A stretch of DNA of 64,000 nt from Marsupella aquatica (Eukaryota; Plantae; Marchantiophyta). The DNA lies in contig OZ316891.1 in NCBI GenBank assembly GCA_973895155.1, positions 11,161,875 through 11,225,874 of the forward strand. Reading direction: 5' to 3'. A program made the position numbers and the translations under genes. The notes below the pieces were generated by a model. That model was not told where the DNA came from and did no database searches. It was given only the letters and a program-made list of their open reading frames with translations. This document shows positions 1 to 12,876 of the stretch, in pieces (the stretch's first letter is position 1; each line of letters begins with the position of its first letter).

Positions 1-932
1 TCTTTGGCTAAAGTTGTTGTACCCTTCAATTATCTCACTCCATTGCGGATAATCCGTGATGCAATATTGGCCGAGGGCTCACCAGCACCAATACTTGTAT
101 CAGAGGGCGCAAACACGATGGACGTTGGGAGGTCAGTCTTGGAACAAACAGAGCCCCGAACGAGACTTGATGCAGGGACATGGGGAACAATGGGAGTAGG
201 TCTTGGGTACACAATTGCTGCAGCTGTGACACAACCTGGGCGGCTTATTGTGGCCGTTGAAGGAGATTCCGGGTTTGGGTTCAGTGCCATGGAGGTCGAG
301 GTATTATTATCATTACTAGTTGTGCATTTTTCTTTTTGTTAAGCTTAATGACAAGGGCAGGCAAATGTCGAGGGATGTGATATGCAGTGGCGGCATTCAA
401 GCTGGAAGTGCCGGATGTATGAGACAGCCAGACGCTAGAATTCCCGATTTTGCCAGAATGATGTTCAGTTTCCCTGAGAGTGAAGATTTTGAAGTAGTGC
501 ATGGTGCCTTTTCTCATAAGAATGATATCTATTCAGAGTCATTTCGGGTATATGAATCAGTGAGAGTGGATCATCATCGTAAGATAACTAATGCTATTTT
601 TTGTTTTCTTTGTGTAGACTTTGGTGCGGTACAGACTGCCAGTGGTGATCATTGTCTTCAATAACGGAGGTGTATATGGTGGGGACCGAAGAACGCCCGA
701 GGAAACCTTGGGTCCTTATAAAGATGATCCAGCTCCAACTTCGTTCGTACCTGGTGCACGCTATGATCTTCTCATTGAGGCTTTTGGCGGCAAAGGATAT
801 CTAGTGGGAACTCCAGAGGAACTTCAAAGTGCTCTGAAGGAGTCTTTTGCAGCTCGGAAACCTGCAGTCATAAATGTCACCATAGATCCTTTCGCCGGCT
901 CAGAAAGTGGCCGAATGGGGCACAGGAATTGA
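1..932 (+). CDS. HACL1: 2-hydroxyacyl-CoA lyase / oxalyl-CoA decarboxylase-like TPP enzyme, last two exons (<1-300, 618-932); 5' part lies outside the window
   Basis: Motifs [28 protein letters not shown] and the TPP-binding GDSGFGFS...NNGG motif. The intron GAG|gtatta...tgtgtag|ACT joins EVE to TLVRYRLP in phase. The C-terminus GRMGHRN* resembles plant HACL. Confidence 0.93.
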
Positions 933-1632
933 TGGCAGAATGACATACTTGGGCATTCATCACTCCGGGCTGAAAGATCAAAGTTGACACATGTGCTGTG
1001 TACGAGCTGTTGTGGAGAGGTGGGAGATGGACATCTGACATTTCATTAGAAACCCTTTCCAGGAAGCCACACGATGTATTTTCCGGCCATATGTCCATAT
1101 ATGCCACAGACTAAATTAATGGATTTCTAAGTCATGAAAGGAAGCGCTGGCCAGGGAAGAACGTTGTGATTACTAGTAAGGGAACAATATCGACTAAATG
1201 GAAGATAACTTTTTAACACTGGAACAGGCTATGGACAGGAGACGGAATTGGGGACAAGGGAAAAATATGATGTTGCAGTGCATCCCAAAATCTATCGTAT
1301 GTGAGATACCGTGGAGAGGGTAACGATGACCCTACATCCTGAACACGTTGGCTTACTGGATTGGAACTTCACGACATTAGCCTGCAGAACAATTCAGAAA
1401 ACACATCCAAACTGAAAGATTCGAATGGGCGATTCTTCAAGTACTGCCACCATTCTTGCCTAAAATTTACCGAAATGACCTGCAAAGGTCCAACCAATTC
1501 ATCTGGTAAAAGTCTTTGTCTCGACTCACCTCATCGAAGGACTTTTCATGGGTGAATCTGAATGAGAACACAAAGTGTTTACGAATACTGAAGTTATCGA
1601 CTTGGGTTGCCATAAGCTGGGACTACCTGGCG

Positions 1633-1652
1633 CCCCCCCCCCCCCCCCCCCC
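1633..1652. repeat. poly-C tract (~20 nt)
   Basis: Uninterrupted run of C. Confidence 0.9.
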
Positions 1653-3741
1653 AAACTATTGGAATTTTCTAAGGTTTCCCCAAACAAATTTATTTACTAA
1701 CCTGACCCCTTGTGTATATGGGTTAGTATTGCCTCAGTAGATGCCTTTGTCATCATTGGTGTAGGGTCTCCTGCTGCCACTTGGCAAGGTTCCGTTGACT
1801 GTGAGCTTGACCCGGGTTATCTTGGCAGAACCATTGAATGGTCAGGTTCAGGGCCTTTGAGACCCAAGGTAGGTTGACTTTACAAGTTGGCCGGAGTTTT
1901 TACCAGGCATGAAACTGAGCCTGGATTTTAGGTGTCTGATTAGATGCCATGCTTTGAGGTGGAAAAACCTGCACACAGATTCACACTTCTTCTAAAGAGA
2001 ATCCAGTCCAGCAAGACTGCGAATGATGAAAATACAAGGGGACATATTTTGCAGAAGTTTATGGCACCTTCAAAGATCTGTTAAACTTCCACCCATTCCA
2101 GTGTGCCTCGTATGCAGAAAAGTACCTGAACCAGGGTGCAATGTAGGTTTGAGCGTTCCCAACATGGAAATTGCCGCATGGGGTTTTTAAAGTGAAAGTT
2201 GCTGGAGCAGTTTGAATAAAAGATGCAAGTTCTTTTCATTAGAGAAAAGAGCACCTAAGCTGCCGCAAACCTCATGTAAAATCCCCATTAATCAACCATA
2301 GCATGCTATTTTAACTTATTGCAAATAAATTAGGTTAAATTCATTACAGGTGATTACATGTGGTAGAAGAAGTGCAAGGTATACATATACAGCCTGCACT
2401 CCATAGTTAGTGGGTGTGTGTCTATTACAACTAGGGGGAGAGAAAAAAAGGATGAGTAGGGATTTTGTTTTTCCCTTTTTGAATAGCTTTTCCTGTTTTA
2501 AAAAGGTTTGACCTCTTTGTCTTTTTAGGAGGTGGGGTTTGAGGGTTTGCTGGTATTTTATCCGGTAGTAGGTCATAATTGTTTTTTCGCTGGTTGTTGT
2601 GTGATGTGACCTTTTTTCCCTTGGGAGAGAAGAGGGGCAACTTTTTAAAAATTAAAAAAATAAAATTTAAAGTAAACCTGGGAAACCCCACATATAGAGA
2701 AGAGTCAGTCACAACAATTGAACCCAATACTTATCACTTTCTACTCAAGTGAGCTCTCTCACGGCTAGGGGCAAGTATTTTTTAAGGCCTGTATAATAAA
2801 GTATAAGTTACCAATTAAATACTAGCCCTGCAAGAAAGGAAATAAAAAACATAAGCAAGTTCTAATAATGATTCTTGTGCATGGATGGGACAAGGATCAT
2901 GACATCTTTTAACTACATCCTTTCCTTCACAAGCATTTTAGCACAACAACACTGATTGTGCAACAACATTTTTCTGAATGTCATTTTTTCTACAAATGAC
3001 ATCTTCTTGCACAATCACTTTTTTGTGCATTTAATTTTGTTTGCATTGACATCATTTGTGCAACACACAAGTATTGAGCTAGTAGATCCATAAAACAGTT
3101 GGTAAAATTGGGAGACTCTATTAAACAATGAATAACTTATGAACCCTTAGTGTTCTCTCTGAGGCGTAATCAATCACAAACTTGAATTGCCTTTTTAGGC
3201 CCCATTTCAAAGATTCAAGTTAAAGCAATTTCCACCAGTTCATTGGTATTTAGATTGGTTCCTAAAATATATGACATGATTTAGATTTTCCCTGGTTTTT
3301 TAATCTATAATTGGGTTGCAATATTGTATACCCGTCCCTCGGGCCGTCCCTTCATAAACTTTGGAATTGGTACATTTGAGGTTTTTATAAGCTTCCAAGA
3401 TCACGGATAACGCCCACAATTCCCACACCTGAATGTACAAGGTTCAGTCAACTGATCATATAGCTGGGCATCAGGGACAAGCTAGATTTACATCCATCCA
3501 TTTCATGGGGTCCCGGCAAATGCACTTCAAAATATGACATATAAGGTGTATGACACATCCCTCCACACCATGATAAACCCGGTTATTTCCTTGAAATCAA
3601 TGAGTGCACACCCTAACACATTTTGATGTGTGATTGATTACTGGCAGGGCATCAAATGCCCAAATGTTTACGGGTCCAGTTAGAGACTTCTGTAAATCTA
3701 AAAATTCTGTCAAAATTCCATGTCACCCTGTAAATATCCAG

Positions 3742-3980
3742 CCATTAGATGGTTTGAATCGAACGATCTACATCCATTAATTTTGTGTGTGAAGACTCGT
3801 GTGGCCTCTCAACTGAAAATGAGCTTTCATACCGTTAGATGTTATGAATCCAAGTAACCATCCAGATTCATTTTGTGTGTGAATACTCGTGTGGTCTTTT
3901 AGCTCAAAAAGAACTCTTACACCATTAGATGTTTTGAATCCAACGATCTATGTTGCTTTTGTGTGTGAAGCCTCGTGTGA
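3742..3980. repeat. Degenerate tandem repeat, ~90-bp unit, 3 copies
   Basis: Recurring cc(a/g)ttagatg...gaatc...ttttgtgtgtgaa..ctcgtgtg at ~3742, ~3832 and ~3922. Confidence 0.8.
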
Positions 3981-4128
3981 AGAGTAATGTCACTTCTCAA
4001 TACAAACGACTATCAACCTAAACCTATCCATGCTTGGATGTCGAGATAACTAGATTATGCCCTTTATGGTGCCTAAAGAATAAGAAGAACTTGGGCAATA
4101 TGTGGGCTTTGAAAAAAAATCAATATTT

Positions 4129-4237
4129 TGTGAGAATAGAATGGAATGAACATGTGTATAGTCGGGAATAGGAGTACATATAGTGGGACCAGGGTGACCG
4201 ACTGGTCCGGTCGTCCGGTCAAAGGTAGAGTCTAACA
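4129..4237 (-). repeat. 3' LTR (109 bp)
   Basis: Near-identical to 14572-14680. Adjoined by the polypurine tract (minus strand CCAAAGGGGAG, 4238-4248). Confidence 0.95.
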
Positions 4238-4548
4238 CTCCCCTTTGGATATATAGTGACAACTATATAGACAACATAGACTATACCTATTATATCATGT
4301 TCATAGGAAATACATGATATAAGTACAATTGAGGTAGACTGCCTCGTTAAAAAACCTTTATCAACTCTAGCTTAGTAAAAACTCTACCAGTGTAGCAGAG
4401 AAAAATATGAGTGCTAAAGGAAAAAGAGTGCAGCCTAACAGTCCTCGTCGTAATAAATGTCAGTATTAAATAAACTCAGATGTTATAGTAAATCTAGCTT
4501 TAATATTTGTCTCAACAGTAGGTCGTCAGCATCATGTCATCAGCAGCA

Positions 4549-7500
4549 TCAATCGTCATGTGGAGTAGCAGCTTCCACGGTCATCATGCGTCGCACACTC
4601 CGCAGTCCAATCGCCTGGCAGTGTCGGTGATGAACTGATGGTGGTAGTGATTTGGTGAAGAGATCTGCACAGTTGTCTACACTTGAAATCTGCAAAATGT
4701 TGATCTCTTTTCCATGTAACTCGTGGGTGTAGAAAAACTTTGGAGCTATATGCTTCACGCGATCGCCTTTGATGAATCCTTTTGTGATCTACTGTATACA
4801 TGCTGCGTTATCCTCAAAAATGTTAGTAGGCTTTGTTAGTGGTGGTAGGCCGCATTTGGTGTTGATGTGATTTATAAAGGATCGTAACCAAACAGCTTCA
4901 CGACTAGCCTCATGTAGGGCTAAGATTTCTGAGTGATTTGATGAGGTTGCTGTTAGGGTCTGTTTCATGCTTTTCCAAGAAAAAGCGGTACCCCCTATGG
5001 TAAAAACATATCCAATTTGGGATTTTGCGGTATCAGTGTCGGAGAGGTATCCGGCATCCGCATATCCTATGAGCTCGTGGTTTGCACCGAATGGGTAAAA
5101 TAACCCGGTATCGGTGGTTCCACGTAGGTACCTAAATACGTGCTTAACTCCGTTCTAGTGTCTGGCTGTGGGAGTTGCATTGTGTCTAGCTAGTAAGTTA
5201 ACTACAAATGCAATGTCTGGTCGTGTCTGATTTGCTAGATACATTAATGCTCCTATCGCAGAAAGATACAGAGTTTCTGGTCCTAATAGTGGTTCATGTT
5301 CTTCGCGTTTGCGAAAAACATCAGTATTGTTTTCTAATGAACGTACTACCATTGGTGACGTCAATGGGTGTGCTAGGTTCATATTGAACTATTTTAGGAT
5401 CTTTTCAGTTTGTGTTGTCTGATGGAGCATCATGCCAGTGGGTAGGATCTCTAGTTGTAAGCCTAAGAAAAATTTTGTATGTCCAAGGTCTTTCATCTCA
5501 AATGTTGATTTAAGACTGGTAATAGTATCTTCTGTAAGTTGGGGTGTCCCAAATATATTTAAGTCATCAACATAAATAGAGACTATGACATATTCGTCAT
5601 CCACATGTTTAATAAATAAACATGGTGTAATGGCATCATGGAAAAAACCCATGACAATCATTTCATCAGTAAATCTTTGATACCATACTCTGCCACTTTG
5701 TTTCAGGCCATATAATGCCTTCAACACGCGGATAGCTAGTCCGCGGCGAGTATTCCGTACGGTTGACACAACGGTGTCATTATTATGAGTTATATGTGTA
5801 GATGACACATGAGGTGTAACTTGAGATAATTGTGTTATAATCTTATGTAAATATGGGATATGCGATTTAGCGCCTTGAGCTAAAGCTCGGCGACGTTGCT
5901 CCGACTCGGGAGGCGATCGCATGTATAGACAAGTGTCTAAAGTTCCATATAGATATGCGGTCGCAACATCCAGTTGTCGCATTTGTAGTTTATGGAAAAT
6001 GGCAAATCCGATAAGGTATCGGAATGTTGTGCTATCCATAACCGGTGAGTAAGTTTCATCGTAATGAATTCCCGGTTGTTGGGTAAATCCTTTCCCTACC
6101 AGGCGTGCTTTGTAGCGTACAACTTGGCCTTTATCATTTTTTTTGCGGACGAATGTCCACTTGTAGCCAATGAGGTGTACGTCTTGCGGTGTTGGCTCGA
6201 TTGGGCCAAAAGTGTATCTGCTTAGTAGGGAATCTAATTCTCCGTTGATAGCTTTTTGCCATTCAAGCCAATCTGGTCTGTTTTGGCATTCTAAGATGGA
6301 TATTGGTTCGGGTGTCTCGTCTGTGATATGTGTTGCCACCATTAATGCAAAAGCATCATCTATTGAAGTAGTATTTCTATCCCACATCGTACCGGTGTGT
6401 GAATAGTGGATAGAAATCTCTTCATGAGTTGTGGATTCAGTATGATCGACGTTAGGTGAAGGTGGTATAGATGAAGCACGCCTTCGTGGTTGTTTATCTT
6501 TTGATCCCAAGGGTCTACCTCATTTTGCACGAGGTTGGGATGTACTTGCTGGCTCACTTGATAATTTGATGCGAGCAGATGCTCTCGCAGCTGGAATATG
6601 TGAGTGGGTAAGTTGTGATGTGTCAACGAAAGTGTCAGGAAGTTCTTCCACAATCTTGTGGAGTTGCAGAATTCTTTGAACTTCTTTCTCCCCTTGATTT
6701 GTTCTAGGGTCTTGCCAAAATGGCGAGTGTCTTTCCCACTCCAAAGGTGGTTGTGGGTGTTCAAGGGTTACTAATGGTGGGTAAATGTGTTCATCAAAAT
6801 GGCAATCTAGAAATCTGGCTTTAAAAATGTCGCCAGTTGTAGGTTCCATATATCGGATTATGGACGGTGAGTCAAATCCAATGTATATCCCCAACTATCG
6901 TTGGGGTCCCATCTTGGTTCGTTTAGGTGGAGTAATGGGGACCATTCCCTGGGCCCTTAGTGTTACTAATACAGGGAGGACGTGCGAACAACGCAAGGGT
7001 ATTTTTAATGTAATGCAAACTAATTTTTATAATAGTTTTTAAAGTAGGCAACATCCCTCTATATACATTTACCACAATATTAGTAATAAGGCAAGAATCA
7101 AATACATGTCACATAAATCTTATGCAAGGGTACCCAAAATGCCAAGTACACGCATCACTATATGGTTGACACACATGTCATCACTTCATTTGCACACGTG
7201 TCCATATAGTAAATCAGATATTTAATTATTATTGTCTTAAGGCAAGTTTGGTTTCGTTGGTCCCCTTATGGTGGAACAAATGGGTTAAGGTAGACATGTT
7301 TACCCACATGTTTAGGAGTTAAGTGGGGAGTTGAGTAAATTTTGGGCCAGGATCTTTGGGCCCAACTTGGTTGGGAAACTGGGATTGATGGGGATCCATG
7401 GATCAATCCCACATGGACGGACAAGATTATTTTTGAATTCCCTTGAACCAAACAACCATGTATGAGGCCAGATGTGTTTGTGTATTGAGGGAGGGGTCTT

Positions 7501-9080
7501 GAGCGCTCAAACAATGTTTATTATAGTTGGTTCAGACTTTGAAGTATTATTCCTGGATTATACATATATAGTACTAATGAAACTAGAAGTTTAGAGACAC
7601 TTTTGCGAACACTAAGACAAAACTGCAGGTCTATGTGTAAACTATAGGAAGAACTATAATTTTCTCTCGTCCTAATTTTGTTTATCTATATAAAAGATGT
7701 ACCTTGAACATCGAGCATAACATACAAGTCCCCTATGAAAGATAAAGTTTTAACTATTTCAGTATGATATTTGTAATTCTAAAAATTCAAGGGTTTTTTC
7801 AATTCCTTGAAAAACTCTTTTATAATTTACAAAAGGATAAAATTTAATAGGAAAAGTTAATATTTTTACATTAACAAGGGGATTTTTTTTGTGAACAAAA
7901 ATATTAAGAAGGGGTACACGGGGGGTATCTGTTCTCAGGGGGGTTCACTTGATATAGTAAGAGTGAGGGCCCAGGGGGACCATTACTTGACATCCAAATG
8001 AACGAAGATGTGATAGGTCAGGTTTAATACCGTTAGCAATTTGGTGTGGGATGTAGGTATTAAAAGCCGATGGGTGGTATTGGATTAACGCATTAGCCTG
8101 TAATATGGCGTGTCCCCATGCTGAGACGGGGAGTTTTGACTGCATTAGTAATGGGCGTGCAATTAACTGAAGACATTTAATGACCGCTTCAGCTAATCCA
8201 TTCTGAAAATGCACGTGAGATACAAGATATTGTACGTCTATGCCAAGTGATGTGCAAAAGTCGTCAAATGTTTCGGATGTGAATTCCCCTGCATTGTCCA
8301 CTCTTAGTGTCTTAATGGGGTGGTCTGGGAATTGTGCTTTCACGCGTAGGATTTGCGCCAAAATCCGAGGTATAACCATGTTCATCGTTGAAAGCAGTGT
8401 CACATTTGACCATTTAGTTGATGCGTCGATTAATACCATAAAGTAGCGGAAAGGTCCGCTCGGAGGGTTAATTGGCCCGCAAACATCGGCGTGGATTATT
8501 TCCAAGAATTTGGGTATGTTGGTTGGCAATTTTGATGCCGTGGGCCTTGTTATTAATTTGCCGCGTGAGCATGCAGTGCATGGGGTGCTAGTTGGAATGT
8601 GGCGTGTATTGATTGGAATGCCACTTGAATTCTTAATTATTTTGCTTAGCATTGATTGGCCGGGGTGGCCGAGGCGTGCATGCCAAAGCGCGGGCAATTC
8701 ACTTGTTTGAGCATTGTTATGCAGACATTCAATATGGGTTACATAAAACCCGCAAGGGTACGAGAAAAGGGTTTCTTTAATGATTTTCCCCGTAGGGGTA
8801 TTTTCAACCAAGTGTATCACTTCCTGGTCTCTTGTATCGCCCGTCTGGACATGTAGTCCATTTGCTCGTATATCTCTAAAACTAAGGAGATTACGGGTTG
8901 CGTTCGGGGCAAAAATGGCGGATTCTAAGTGAATCGCTGTACCCTGCGGTAGTCTAATGGAAGCTGGGCCGAAGCCTTCTTCTATTTGGCTAGGGCCATT
9001 TATAGTGGTCAGGGATCTACGTGAGGGTGTAATCTTGTGGAAAAGGTGCCTATCCCTGAGGATGGTATGCGTGGTCGCAC
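4549..9080 (-). pseudogene. copia pol (protease remainder, integrase, reverse transcriptase, RNase H), interrupted by an insertion at 6947-7976 and by in-frame stops
   Basis: ATTHTILRD (PR); WHARLGHPG...CTAC, IHADVCGP, RVDNAGEF, QNGLAE (INT); YKARLV, LYGLKQSGR, YVDDL (RT); ADLFTKSL (RNase H). Confidence 0.92.
6947..7976. mobile_element. Non-autonomous TIR DNA transposon (1030 bp) nested in the integrase region
   Basis: Perfect 11-bp TIR CCCTGGGCCCT (6947-6957) / AGGGCCCAGGG (7966-7976). 8-bp TSD GGACCATT (6939-6946, 7977-7984). Removing it restores GCQVMVPITPPKRTKMGPQR. Confidence 0.88.
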
Positions 9081-10225
9081 TGTCACTTGCCTATCCAACG
9101 ATTAATATGTGCAAACCGTACTTTCCTTTGCTTAAACCGTTGGTATCGTATTACGGGGTCGTGGAGGGACGCTATTTGAAGGATTTTCACACCTAAGGAT
9201 GAGTATGTTTGATTCCGCTCTCGGAAGTGTACTTTTTGATCAAGTCTACCGACTGATCTCTCCGTTTTTGATAAAGTCCAAGGGACTGGTCCTACCATCT
9301 ACAACTCATGCCCACCGGGTGAGTGCTGTCACCACCCCCCTCTCATGGGCAAGCATACAAACGTTTACAATAAGGTTTGAACACTAGTGACAAGGGCAAA
9401 TGTTTCCACAACGAAACCGACCACATGCACTAGGGGAGGAAAACAAACAACACAAGCAATAACAAGTGACACACAAAATATTGGAACCTCAAGCCAAATC
9501 CATATCTCTTGGTGTTTCCCGTAACACATGCAAGGGCAACCCGGCCTCCTGCCGTCTGCCCAACTCCTGCCTCCCTGGGACAAGTGCTACGTTCTCCACC
9601 TCACTACTCTGGCTTGAACTTCACCTAATCGGTGCGCTACTCACAAAAGCTACTCAAAAGCATCAAAGCACTACGCTGAGTTCCCCCCCTCACTACTTTG
9701 GGGCTCTCCCCCTAAATACCAAAAAAAACCACACCAAAGCACCCCTCATGGGGTCACAACGATGGCGGCTACCCTAGCGGCGCCGCTAAAACCCTGCACT
9801 AAGAAATCCCTAAACTAAAAGGCATGCGGCACACACATGCTGCTAAAACCCTAAACCCTAAACAAGGGGCCGACGGTGCCCCAACTGTACCCAGTGAACC
9901 CTGAAATTGCAAGGCACCCTACAATGGCCGAAACTAGGTGCCCTATCAATTGTACTTTTGAGCTCACCCTTGGATAGCCCTTCTCCTCCTGATCCCGAAT
10001 CACTCAGCCGCACTCGCAACGGACATCGGACGCCTGAGTTATGGTCGTTTCCGTATCGCGAAAACACAATTTCGCCGGGCCATAACTTGCTCATCCTGGC
10101 TCCGTTTGAGGAGCGCCGCCTCTTGTTGGAATCAGCTCCGCGAGCTCTTTCCAACAAGCCCGTGAGTGACCCCTCACAAAAAAGTTGGAAATCTAGAGGC
10201 CGTACAACCACATCCGTACGACTAT

Positions 10226-11028
10226 CTACTCCTCCTCTTCTTCACTCTCGGTGCCCCGGCTTGTGCCCCGTGAGTGGGCCTCCTCTTCATCACTCACGGG
10301 AGTGAGTGCCACCTCACTTTTCTTCTTCTTTACCGGGGTACTCTTCGTGCTGCCGCTCCCTTGCTTCCTCAAAGTGGCCAAGGCCTGCCACGCCTTGATG
10401 TACCCCTCACCAATGGTGTCTTTCCATAGGGTAGCCTCTTCTCCGGACCGCAACTCCAACGGTAGAACTTGCCCTGTGGCCATGGGAGTCCCGGGGGTGA
10501 CAGACCGGGGTGGCATCCCCGTACCTCCCGAAGCTTCTTCTCCAAGCCCTTGCTCTTCTCCTGACTCTTCTTGACTCCATCCAACAAGGGCCCATACTTC
10601 CCACTAACCTCCTTCACCACCATCTCAATAGCCTGGGAGATCAAATCCGGGAAAAGTGTGGAGCTAGGTGTGCCGGGGCTCTTCCGTTTCCCTAGACTCA
10701 AGGCCTCACTCCTCATCGCTCGTGTCTCAAAGGCGGCCACCTGACTCCGTAGTGCTCCCACCTGGTTTCTCCACTCCACCACTTCTCCAGAATTCTACTT
10801 CTCTTTGGCCAATGCTTGTCTCAACGCTCCTACCTCTTCTGCTTCCTTGGCCTTGGTGGACAAGGCTCCCTTCAAGTTGGAGATCTCTACGTGAGCTGCT
10901 TGGAGAAGCTTAACCTTCTCATGAATGGTCCCCTCCTTGGCCTTGATCACCTCCTTGAGGCGCAAGGTGCGTTTGGCTTGACATAAGTGTGTGATCGCGT
11001 TAGACAAGATTGTGTGTTTGATTGGCAT
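10226..11028 (-). pseudogene. Decayed coiled-coil-rich ORF inside the nested insertion
   Basis: ORFs 10795-11247 and 10369-10782 are in the same frame, separated by one TAG. A frameshift leads into 10226-10516. K/E/A/L-rich heptad-like sequence, KKKK stretch and acidic tail. Confidence 0.5.
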
Positions 11029-11062
11029 CAATCGTTGTTCGATTATTCTTGAAGATGAATCA

Positions 11063-11305
11063 GCCACAGGCCGTGGGCTGTGGGTGACTACCCACGCAAC
11101 CAAACTGCAAGAGGCCACAGGCCGTGGGCTGTGGGTGCCAACCCACACAACCAAGATGCAAGAGGCCACAGGCCGTGGGCTGTGGGTGCCAACCCACCCA
11201 ACCAAGATGAATCGGCTACAAGCCGTGGGCTGTGGGTGACTACCCACGCAACCAAACTACAAGAGGCCACAGGCCGTGGGCTGTGGGTGCCAACCCACCC
11301 AACTC
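11063..11305. repeat. Tandem repeat, ~51-bp unit, 5 copies
   Basis: gccacaggccgtgggctgtgggtg recurs at 11063, 11114, 11165, ~11215 and 11266. Confidence 0.9.
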
Positions 11306-11709
11306 TGTTGTGTAGTGATGTTTATGCGCACGACACCCGACTCGCGGGAGTCCCCCTTCCTCGCAGCTCGCGTCCTCGCGGGCTCGCGGCCCTATGCAGG
11401 GCTCGCGGCCCCCTGCCCGGTCACTCGCGGAGCCCCCTAAGGGGGTTTTAATTTCCCCCTCCGCCCGCAGCTCGCGCCCTCGCACCTAGCAGCTCCCTGG
11501 CGGCTCGCGGCCCTATGCAGGGCTCGCTCGCCCCATAATTAACCCGGGTCTAGACAAAACTGTTGGGGTCTCCGACTATCCCGAGATGCTTTAAAAAACT
11601 TTACAAACTTAAAGAACATTAAAAAAAACTCGCGTCTATGGGCTTATTTATTTACAGGTGTCTTGCTGGTGACACTAATGGTGACTTACAGTGGCGGGAC
11701 CCCGTCACA

Positions 11710-12876
11710 CGCACTGTCGATAATACATGTGCTTGGACTATTGAAATCTGGTGTAGTGGAGCTACTTGCCACTAAGTGTGCCTCGGGTTGGGCGGGTAGG
11801 TCTGAGAAGTCTTGGAATGGGTCACTAGACTCCATAAACGCCCCGTGGGTTTCACGGGGTGGTGCCCTAGAGGTTTGTCCGTCCCTGAGGGATCGTTGAT
11901 ATAGCTCTTTAAGGTGTTGCGGGATTCTACAGTTTCTGGCTAGGTGGTTGGTCATGCCACATGCATGGCATTTCGGTCGTTCCCGTTGTTGTCGGGGTTG
12001 TGACCAATCATTTCTACGGTTGTTGTTATATGTTCTACCACCGCTGCGTCCTCAGTGTCCGCCACGTCCGCCACGTCCTCCTCCTCCTCCACGTCCTTCT
12101 CATCCACCGCGTCCTCTAAAGGTTTGTTAGGAGTTATATTGTGGACGTTGGTTATAGAAACTCCCCCTGTTGTGGGTGTTTCTCCGGTTGCGTTTAATGC
12201 CTTGCCTCGATGTGGAGGGTTCATCATTTTCTATGTTATGGGTTTCATTTTGTTGTCCTGAGGGCATTGTGCCCGCAGGTTGTTTTCTAGAGTTTACAAA
12301 AAGAAGTTCTTGGTTTCTTTCGGTGACTAGGAGGTGGGCTATGAGCTCGGAGTATTTTCCGAACTTCATGTTTCGATACTGTGTTGATAGCCACACATTC
12401 GATGAATAAAATGTCGACAAGGTCTTCTCTAGTAGATCCTTGTCTGTGACTGGCTCGCCACATAGTGCGAGGGTTGATGTTATTCTAAAGAGTTCGCTAT
12501 TGTAGGCTGAAATAGAGGTAAAGTCTTGGACTCGCAGGTTTAGCCAGTCTTGCCTGGCTTTAGGTAGTTCAACCAATTTTTGGTGGTCGAATCGGGTTTG
12601 GAGCGCTGTCCAAAGTTCACGAGGGGTTGAGAGGTGCATGTATTGTCTTTGTGGGAATCTATGGATATGGCGTCTAAGGAATACAAGGGCCTTAAATTCA
12701 TTGGCTTTAGTTAACGGGTCTGGTTGGGGTTCGCCAGCTAGTATAGGTTGAGCCATTCCTATGGCTGGGAGTAGGGTCAGCGAGGTTAGGTTTTCTTTGA
12801 GGTTCATGGACCATTCTAGGTAGTTTCCGCCATCGATTTCTAGGGCTGGAAAGGTTAGTTTCTCGAGGTTGGTCAT
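11710..12876 (-). pseudogene. copia gag with zinc knuckle and start of protease
   Basis: ATG at 12876. Gag helical domain, RGG-rich linker with three in-frame stops, CHACGMTNHLARNC (CX2CX4HX4C), then CIIDSA cut by the nested insertion. Confidence 0.9.

Larger units (their letters stand above)
9081..11709. mobile_element. TG...CA-bounded 2629-bp insertion (solo-LTR-like) nested in the protease active-site codons
   Basis: Ends TGTCAC...GTCACA. 5-bp TSD CGCAC at 9076-9080 and 11710-11714. Removing it restores CIIDSATTHTIL. Confidence 0.88.

Noticed and set aside
9845-9863. Interstitial telomere
   Set aside because: Only about 2.5 AAACCCT units inside a TE, consistent with a common telo-box.
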